DNA of 64,000 nt, taken from NCBI GenBank assembly GCA_963797095.1, contig CAWCNY010000004.1:96001-160000 (forward strand), given 5' to 3'. A program made the position numbers and the translations under genes. The notes under the pieces are model-generated. The model was not told the origin of the DNA, searched no databases, and was given only the letters and a program-made list of their open reading frames with translations. Source of the DNA: an uncultured Chloroflexia bacterium. GTDB taxonomy: Bacteria > Chloroflexota > Chloroflexia > QHBQ01 > JADMIH01. Positions 57,468 to 64,000 of this stretch are shown in pieces; position 1 is the first letter of the stretch, and every line of letters starts with the position of its first letter.

Positions 57468-58541
57468 ATGGCGACAGAAACGGTTCCCTATGGCAGGAAA
57501 ACGCAGCGCCCATCGCCGGTAAAGGAGGTCCACATTGTGTGGATGACTACCGGGCTGGGTTGCGACGGCGATTCGGTATCGATCACGGCGGCAACTCAGC
57601 CAAGCGTTGAGGATGTGGTGCTTGGAGCAATCCCCGGACTTCCCAAGGTGCATCTTCACAACCCCGTGTTGGCGTATGAAGTAGGCGACGATTTCATGAA
57701 GTACTGGCACGATGCAGCGGCAGGCAATCTCGATCCTTTTGTGCTCGTGCTCGAAGGCTCAATTCCCAACGAAAAAATCAAGAAAGAGGGCTATTGGGCA
57801 GCGATGGGCACGGACAAAGCCAGCGGACAGCCTATCACGACTAACGAATGGATTGACCGCCTGGCACCCAAAGCATTCGCCATCGTCTGCGCAGGTACAT
57901 GCGCCACTTACGGGGGGATCCATGCCATGGCGGGCAACCCGACCGGTGCGATGGGAGTGGCGGACTACCTGGGATGGGACTGGAAGTCGAAGGCGGGCCT
58001 GCCGATAATCAATGTGCCGGGTTGTCCAGTACAGCCCGACAACTTCATGGAAACACTCCTCTATCTCCTCTACCAGGCGGCGGGACTTGCTCCAATGATC
58101 CCGCTCGACAAAGCGCTACGCCCCACCTGGCTCTTCGGCAAGACTGTTCACGAAGGGTGCGACAGGGCAGGTTACTATGAGCAGGCGGATTTCGCTACCG
58201 AATATGGCTCTCCGAAGTGCCTGGTGAAGATCGGGTGTTGGGGTCCTGTCGTGAATTGCAACGTGCCCAAGCGTGGGTGGATGGCAGGCATCGGGGGATG
58301 TCCTAACGTTGGTGGCATTTGCATAGGCTGCACGATGCCGGGCTTCCCGGACAAGTTTATGCCCTTCATGGACGAGCCACCGGGCAGCAGGGTTTCATCG
58401 AACTGGATCAAGGTCGTCTATGGTCCCATGATCCGCAAGCTTAGAAGTTTCACTAATGAGACCGCCAATAAGGAGCCTTCCTGGCGAAAGAAGGGCCCAA
58501 CGCTGACCACAGGCTACCAGCCGACGACGTACGGGAAGTAA
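57468..58541 (+). CDS. hhyS: Group 1h [NiFe]-hydrogenase small subunit
   Basis: GLGCDGDS, GTCATYGG, PGCP, HEGCDR, CLVKIGCWGP, CPNVGGICIGC; no Tat signal; SD AGGAGG. Confidence 0.95.
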   Translation: MATETVPYGRKTQRPSPVKEVHIVWMTTGLGCDGDSVSITAATQPSVEDVVLGAIPGLPKVHLHNPVLAYEVGDDFMKYWHDAAAGNLDPFVLVLEGSIPNEKIKKEGYWAAMGTDKASGQPITTNEWIDRLAPKAFAIVCAGTCATYGGIHAMAGNPTGAMGVADYLGWDWKSKAGLPIINVPGCPVQPDNFMETLLYLLYQAAGLAPMIPLDKALRPTWLFGKTVHEGCDRAGYYEQADFATEYGSPKCLVKIGCWGPVVNCNVPKRGWMAGIGGCPNVGGICIGCTMPGFPDKFMPFMDEPPGSRVSSNWIKVVYGPMIRKLRSFTNETANKEPSWRKKGPTLTTGYQPTTYGK

Positions 58542-58648
58542 AGCGTGAAACGTGAAGCGCGCATGTGGTAGGCGAATATTACGCGTCACGTGGTGCGCAT
58601 GACGGGAGCGCCTTCTACACTTCACAATAGCATAGAGGAGACAACACT

Positions 58649-60448
58649 ATGGCAGTGACTACGGAACCCAAAGGTGAGGCGGGGACAGGAGGTCGTCAGC
58701 TTGTCGAGATGTCCTGGGACCCGATCACCCGCATCGTCGGCAGCCTGGGCATCTATACAAAGATAGATTTCGCCAACCGCCAGGTGGCCGAGTGCTTCAG
58801 CACATCGTCAATATTCCGCGGCTATAGCATATTCATGAAGGGCAAGGACCCTCGCGACGCGCACTTCATTACGAGCCGTATCTGCGGCATCTGTGGCGAC
58901 AACCATGCCACGTGCGCGACCTATGCACAAAACATGGCGTTTGGGGTGCGGCCACCCGCTCTAGGCGAATGGATTGTCAATCTGGGTGAAGCCGCCGAGT
59001 ATATGTTCGATCACAACATCTTCCAGGATAACCTGGTGGGGGTCGATTTCTGCGAGCAGATGGTGAAGGAGACCAACCCCTCAGTGTGGGAGAAGGCCAA
59101 GAAGACCGAGGCCCCCCACGCCGCCGATCATGGCTACCGCACCATTGCCGACATTATGACGGCGCTGAACCCCTTCACCGGAGAATTTTACCGCGAGACT
59201 CTGCACGTGAGTCGCTACACCCGCGAAGCGTTCTGCCTGATGGAGGGGCGGCACGTTCACCCATCCACGCTTTATCCCGGCGGCGTGGGAACGGTGCCAA
59301 CAGTGCAGCTTTTCACCGACTATATGGTCAGGCTCATGCGCTATGTAGAGTTTATGAAGAAGGTCGTGCCCCTGCACGACGACCTGTTCGACTTCTTCTA
59401 CGAGGCGCTGCCCGGTTATGAACACGTCGGCGAGCGGAGGATACTGCTTGGCTGCTGGGGATCGTTCAATGATCCGGACCATTGTGACTATACCTACAGG
59501 AAGATGGCCGACTGGGGCCGCAAGATGTTCGTTACTCCGGGCGTAGTAGTGGACGGAGAATTGGTCACGACAAGCCTGGTAGATATCAACCTGGGGATAC
59601 GCATTCTGCTCGGTAGCTCGTATTATGAGGACTGGCAGAACGCCGAGACCTTCGTGAAGAACGATCCCCTCGGCAACCCTGTCGACCAGAGGCACCCCTG
59701 GAACCAAACTACCATCCCCAAGCCGCAAAAGCGCGATTTCGGCAGCAACTACACCTGGGTTATGTCGCCTCGATGGTTCGACAAGCGCACAGGCGACTAC
59801 CTTGCTCTCGACACGGGCGGTGGCCCCATCGCCCGCCTTTGGGCGACGGCCCTCGCCAACCTGGTAGATATCGGATATATCAAGTCTACCGGCCATAGCG
59901 TGAAAATATATCTGCCTCCGACGGCTCTTAAGCCTGAGATGGAATTGGAGTGGCAGATCCCCAAGTGGAGCAACGCCATCGAGCGCGATCGTGCCCGCAC
60001 CTATTTCCAGGCCTATGCGGCGGCTGCGGCGCTCCACTTCATGGAGAAGGCCCTGGCTGAGCTACATGCAGGCAGGACGAAGGTTTGGAACGACTTCAAG
60101 GTACCCGAAGAGGCAATAGGCTGCGGTTTCCATGAGGCAGTACGCGGCGTGCTTTCGCACCACGTAGTGATTCGCGACGGCAAGATCGCCAACTATCACC
60201 CCTACCCGCCAACACCGTGGAACGCCAACCCGCGTGACGTATACGGTACACCCGGCCCTTACGAGGACGCTGTACAAAACACACCGATCTTCGAGGAGAA
60301 TGGTCCGGACAAGTTCAAAGGCATAGATATCATGCGTGCTGTGCGTAGCTTCGATCCGTGCCTCCCGTGTGGTGTGCACATGTATCTGGGTGAGGGCAAG
60401 ACGCTCGAACTTCACCATTCGCCCATGTTCGGAGTGCAGCCGGAATGA
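58649..60448 (+). CDS. hhyL: Group 1h [NiFe]-hydrogenase large subunit
   Basis: WDPITRIVGSLG, L1 TSRICGICGDNH, L2 SFDPCLPCGVH. Confidence 0.96.
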   Translation: MAVTTEPKGEAGTGGRQLVEMSWDPITRIVGSLGIYTKIDFANRQVAECFSTSSIFRGYSIFMKGKDPRDAHFITSRICGICGDNHATCATYAQNMAFGVRPPALGEWIVNLGEAAEYMFDHNIFQDNLVGVDFCEQMVKETNPSVWEKAKKTEAPHAADHGYRTIADIMTALNPFTGEFYRETLHVSRYTREAFCLMEGRHVHPSTLYPGGVGTVPTVQLFTDYMVRLMRYVEFMKKVVPLHDDLFDFFYEALPGYEHVGERRILLGCWGSFNDPDHCDYTYRKMADWGRKMFVTPGVVVDGELVTTSLVDINLGIRILLGSSYYEDWQNAETFVKNDPLGNPVDQRHPWNQTTIPKPQKRDFGSNYTWVMSPRWFDKRTGDYLALDTGGGPIARLWATALANLVDIGYIKSTGHSVKIYLPPTALKPEMELEWQIPKWSNAIERDRARTYFQAYAAAAALHFMEKALAELHAGRTKVWNDFKVPEEAIGCGFHEAVRGVLSHHVVIRDGKIANYHPYPPTPWNANPRDVYGTPGPYEDAVQNTPIFEENGPDKFKGIDIMRAVRSFDPCLPCGVHMYLGEGKTLELHHSPMFGVQPE

Positions 60449-61353
60449 CAAGCCCAGAAGAGCAGGATTTCCAACGCCTCGTTGGTCGGATCGAGGTGCT
60501 GGTCGGGGAGATCGAGCGATTCCCCGACCCCGACGTCCGGGCCAACGTTCAGGAGCTTGTGCAGGCCCTAATGGACCTGCACGGCGCCGGGCTTGAACGG
60601 ATGCTGGAAGTCATCTGGGGAAAAGGAGAGGCGGGGCAGGTTATCATCGATGATTTGGGTCGTGACGACCTGGTCGGCGGCCTGCTTCTCCTGCATGGCC
60701 TGCACCCTCTTGACCTGGAGACGCGTGTCCAACAGGCATTGGACAAGGTTAGGCCCTATCTGGCGTCACACGGCGGCAACGTCGAGTTGATAGCTGTGAA
60801 CGAAGGAGTTGTTCGGCTGCGGCTCCAGGGAAGTTGCAACGGCTGTGCCTCCTCGGCCGTGACCCTCAAGCTCGCAATCGAGGAGTCCCTTCAGGAATAT
60901 GCCCCAGACATCGTAGAGCTGAAGGTAGAAGGAGTAGTTCCTCCTCCCGCCCCGCCCGCAGGCTTCATCCCGCTGACACAGATACGCCCCAAGGTGGCGG
61001 CCACCTCCACCGGAGGAGACTTCGACGCCGGAGGTTGGCAGCAGGTGAACGGCCTGGTAGCGGACGGCGTGGATGGTCTTGATGTTCTTGAAGTAGGTGG
61101 GTCTAGAGTGCTCTTCTGCCGCTTGAACAACACACTTTATGCCTACGCCGATGCCTGCACTCATTGCGGCTCGTTCCTGAAGGTGGCTCATCTGAGCGGG
61201 GCTCTTCTCACCTGCCCGGCCTGCGAATACAGGTATGATATCATGAGAGCGGGCCGCTGCCTGGACGAACCGGACCGGCACCTGGAGCCATTCCCGTTGC
61301 TGGTAGAAGGTGGACGCGTGAAAGTGGCCTTACCCGCACTTACCGTAAGCTAA
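60445..61353 (+). CDS. NifU-domain / Rieske-like Fe-S protein of group 1h clusters
   Basis: VRPYLASHGGNVEL, GSCNGC; CTHC and CPAC. Confidence 0.88.
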   Translation: MTSPEEQDFQRLVGRIEVLVGEIERFPDPDVRANVQELVQALMDLHGAGLERMLEVIWGKGEAGQVIIDDLGRDDLVGGLLLLHGLHPLDLETRVQQALDKVRPYLASHGGNVELIAVNEGVVRLRLQGSCNGCASSAVTLKLAIEESLQEYAPDIVELKVEGVVPPPAPPAGFIPLTQIRPKVAATSTGGDFDAGGWQQVNGLVADGVDGLDVLEVGGSRVLFCRLNNTLYAYADACTHCGSFLKVAHLSGALLTCPACEYRYDIMRAGRCLDEPDRHLEPFPLLVEGGRVKVALPALTVS

Positions 61354-61361
61354 CAACTACT

Positions 61362-62078
61362 ATGGACCAAAAGTCGAACGCCGCCAAACGCGAACAGAAC
61401 TCGTTCGCACTCTTACGCCGCTTTGTGCGCCCTCGCGTTTCGGCTGAGCGATGCGACTTCTGTGGCCTTGAGTTGCCTGCCGAACACCAACACCTGCTCG
61501 ATCCGGCCGGCAGGCAAATACTCTGCACTTGCCATGAATGTTTGGTCAGCGTCGGCTACCAGGAAGGGAAAGCATATAAGCGCGTGCCGAGTCAGGTGAA
61601 GGCTTTGCCTGGCTTTGAGATGAACGATTCCACGTGGGACGACCTGATGATCCCCGTTGGGATGGCCTTCTTCTTCTACAGCAGCACCGAACAGAAGATG
61701 ATGGCCTACTACCCAAGCCCAGCCGGGGCCACCGAGTCGCTTCTGAGTTTGGACGCGTGGGAGGAGGTGGCGCGGGACAACAAGGCGCTGCAAGAAATGG
61801 AACCTGACGTTGAGGCGTTGCTGGTCAATAGAGTGAAGGGCGCCCGGGAATACTTTCTTGCGCCAATTGACCGGTGCTACGAGTTAGTTGGCTTGATCAA
61901 GATCAACTGGCGCGGGCTATCAGGCGGCTCGGAAGTATGGGAAGAGATAAGAAGGTTCTACTCCAGGATGAAGGAGCTATCCGAGGCCAACACACCGTCC
62001 ATGGCAGACACCGCTTCGACATCAGCCGACGCAGCGGGGCCGGATGCCCGATCTCAGCTTCGGGGTGGAGGGCGTTGA
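61362..62078 (+). CDS. Hydrogenase-associated protein (DUF5947-like)
   Basis: ERCDFC, HQH, CTCHEC, IPVGMAFF, YPSPAGATES, PIDRCYELVG. Confidence 0.8.
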   Translation: MDQKSNAAKREQNSFALLRRFVRPRVSAERCDFCGLELPAEHQHLLDPAGRQILCTCHECLVSVGYQEGKAYKRVPSQVKALPGFEMNDSTWDDLMIPVGMAFFFYSSTEQKMMAYYPSPAGATESLLSLDAWEEVARDNKALQEMEPDVEALLVNRVKGAREYFLAPIDRCYELVGLIKINWRGLSGGSEVWEEIRRFYSRMKELSEANTPSMADTASTSADAAGPDARSQLRGGGR

Positions 62079-62727
62079 GGTGGTGCCCTACGCTGCCTCA
62101 CCCATGCTAGCCTTCAAACTGGTTGTGACTAACGCCGACCCGGACGAGAATATTCAGTCAGTGGCCCTCACCTGCCAGATCAGGCTGGATGTAACCCGAC
62201 GGCGTTATTCAGCCCAGGAACGTGAGCACTTACTGGACCTTTTCGGCGAGCCCGACCGCTGGAGCCAAACGCTACGAAATATGCTCTGGACATTCGCGCG
62301 TGTAGGGGTGCCGCCTTTTACAGGCAGTACGGTGGTTGACCTCACAGTCCCTTGTACGTTTGATTTCAACATTGCCGCTACTAAGTACTTCTACGGCCTG
62401 GAAGAAGGAGAGATACCTCTCACTATGCTGTTTAGCGGTACGGTCTTTTATGAGAATGCGAACGACAAAGAATCAGAAGACGATGGATGGGGCGAGGGCC
62501 TGCGGGTTGCCCAGATTTCCTGGGAGAAGGAAGCAACCTACCGGATGCCGGTCGAGGTCTGGAAGGAGATGATGAACACCTACTATCCAAACAGCGTCTG
62601 GCTTCGCATACGGCAGAACACTTTCGATAAGCTTTACCTTTACAAGATGCGACGCGGAATGCCGACCTGGGAGCAGGCCATTGAAAGCCTTCTCCCCAAG
62701 GACTCTGAAGAAACAGACAAAGCATGA
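62044..62727 (+). CDS. Hydrogenase-associated protein (DUF6084-like)
   Basis: DLFGEPDRW, VPCTFDF, LFSGTVFY, WEKE. Confidence 0.8.
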   Translation: MPDLSFGVEGVEVVPYAASPMLAFKLVVTNADPDENIQSVALTCQIRLDVTRRRYSAQEREHLLDLFGEPDRWSQTLRNMLWTFARVGVPPFTGSTVVDLTVPCTFDFNIAATKYFYGLEEGEIPLTMLFSGTVFYENANDKESEDDGWGEGLRVAQISWEKEATYRMPVEVWKEMMNTYYPNSVWLRIRQNTFDKLYLYKMRRGMPTWEQAIESLLPKDSEETDKA

Positions 62728-63851
62728 ACCTCGAACTGGTAGAGAAGATTGCCAACGCCGTTCTATATGAAGGCTATATACTGTATCCCTACAGGCCATC
62801 GTCCACCAAGAACAGGCAGCGTTGGACGTTTGGCGGGCTGTATCCACGGCCATACGTCGACGCGCAGAAAAGCGCTGCCGGCACTACGGACCTCTGGAGG
62901 ATGCAGGCTGAGTGCCCGGTGGTGGGCAGCCTCAGCACAACGGTGGACATAAAGTTACGCTTCTTGCAGCTGACCGAGCGGCAGATACGAGAGGTGCTTG
63001 AGCCGGGGGCCGATCTACCCGCTGAGATGGACGAAGCGACTCGGCCCGCACATTCTCTTCAGGTGGATGACAGGCTCTTCCAATCGTGGCAGGAAGCGGT
63101 CGAGAGAGCAGTCACATGTACTGAACTCAGGCTGGCCGATCTTCTCGAAACACCATACCAGCTTGATTTCAGTTTTGAGGGAAGCCGCTCGGTGCAGACT
63201 TTGCACAACTCCGGCGGGCAACTGGTCGGTGTGATTGATAGAACGCAACGTCCTGTTGAAGGATCGATTGGTGTACAAGCAAAGCCGGTTCGAGATGGTC
63301 TGTACAAGCTCACTATACAGATTACCAACGGCTCGCCCTGGGAAGGGGTGGACCGCGAAGAGGCATTGTTGCGCTCCCTGGTGTCAACGCACGCGATACT
63401 CGCCGTCCGGGAAGGGGAGTTTGTGTCCCCGCTTGACACCGCAGAGGAATACAAGGAAATCATCGCTGATTGCAGCAATCTTGGGGTGTGGCCTGTGCTG
63501 GTGGGTGAAGAGGGGGAATGTGACACGATTCTGGCATCACCCATAATCCTCTATGACTATCCTCAAATCGCGCCCGAAAGCCCAGGCGACCTGTTCGACG
63601 GCACTGAGATTGACGAGATACTGATCCTTCGAATAATGACCATGACTGAGGAAGAAAAGCGCGAGATGAGATCGGTGGATGATTATGCTCGCGCCCTACT
63701 TGCCCGCACCGAAGCCTTGAGTAGCGAACAGATGATAGCCCTTCATGGTACAGTGCGTTCTATGAGGGTATTGCCTCAAGATAGCCTTAGCGTGGATAAT
63801 AGAGTAGAGAGCATAAACGAGCGCATGGGGGATGATGACAGCAATGGATAG
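62724..63851 (+). CDS. Conserved hydrogenase-cluster hypothetical protein
   Basis: AVLYEGYILYPYR, SPIILYDYPQIAPESPGDLFDGTEIDEIL. Confidence 0.85.
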   Translation: MNLELVEKIANAVLYEGYILYPYRPSSTKNRQRWTFGGLYPRPYVDAQKSAAGTTDLWRMQAECPVVGSLSTTVDIKLRFLQLTERQIREVLEPGADLPAEMDEATRPAHSLQVDDRLFQSWQEAVERAVTCTELRLADLLETPYQLDFSFEGSRSVQTLHNSGGQLVGVIDRTQRPVEGSIGVQAKPVRDGLYKLTIQITNGSPWEGVDREEALLRSLVSTHAILAVREGEFVSPLDTAEEYKEIIADCSNLGVWPVLVGEEGECDTILASPIILYDYPQIAPESPGDLFDGTEIDEILILRIMTMTEEEKREMRSVDDYARALLARTEALSSEQMIALHGTVRSMRVLPQDSLSVDNRVESINERMGDDDSNG

Positions 63852-64000
63852 CTGGGAATTGTTGGACAGCAAGCCAATGCTTACCCACATCAAGATCGCC
63901 GGGGTTGCGTTGAAGCCAGGTGACCGAGTGCGTTTGCGTCCCTTAGAGGGCGGCGATGTCTTCGACATAGTGCTTGCGGGTAAGACGGCTACCATCGAGT
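63844..64000 (+). CDS. Hydrogenase-cluster hypothetical protein, truncated by window edge
   Basis: MDSWELLD...GDRVRLRP...DIVLAGKTATIE, open to the end, overlaps the upstream gene. Confidence 0.7.
   Translation, partial: MDSWELLDSKPMLTHIKIAGVALKPGDRVRLRPLEGGDVFDIVLAGKTATIE

Noticed and set aside
58542-58557. Short 7-mer tandem repeats (cgtgaaa; also tcactcg near 21756)
   Set aside because: Only about two copies each; not distinguishable from chance.
1-64000. CRISPR array, prophage or rRNA
   Set aside because: No regularly spaced repeats, cas, integrase, structural phage genes or rRNA signatures seen.

Overview
GC-rich (roughly 60% by eye) bacterial chromosome segment, most consistent with Chloroflexota (Gram-positive-type LexA boxes, repeated 'FxETGH...GYPISEE...VQYFER' surface domains, gene content). 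Left to right: dapL (partial), hflX, a GldA/F/G-DUF4340 ABC operon, an Rpf-like secreted transglycosylase with a long structured leader, a LexA-boxed operon (small Zn-finger protein, unknown protein, ssb) followed by recD2, a D,D-carboxypeptidase, a divergent envelope-modification cluster (nucleotidyltransferase-like protein, two GT-C membrane proteins, three cobalamin-dependent radical SAM enzymes, GT4), two cytoplasmic HtrA proteases with a stop-interrupted HATPase-like/LuxR pair and OGG1-like glycosylase, holB, GT2s, an unexplained ~450 nt promoter-driven structured non-coding region, ccsA/resB, LCP, a MoxR-DUF58-transglutaminase triad, an ECF sigma factor, five tRNAs, a kinase/receiver pair, and after tRNA-Phe a degenerate IS982, a TetR regulator and a group 1h [NiFe]-hydrogenase cluster that runs off the window end. 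Best novelty candidates: the SOS-type operon with two uncharacterised genes, the orphan ncRNA candidate, the triple B12-radical SAM/glycosylation cluster, and the regulatory region of the hydrogenase. All calls come from reading motifs by eye; no searches were run.
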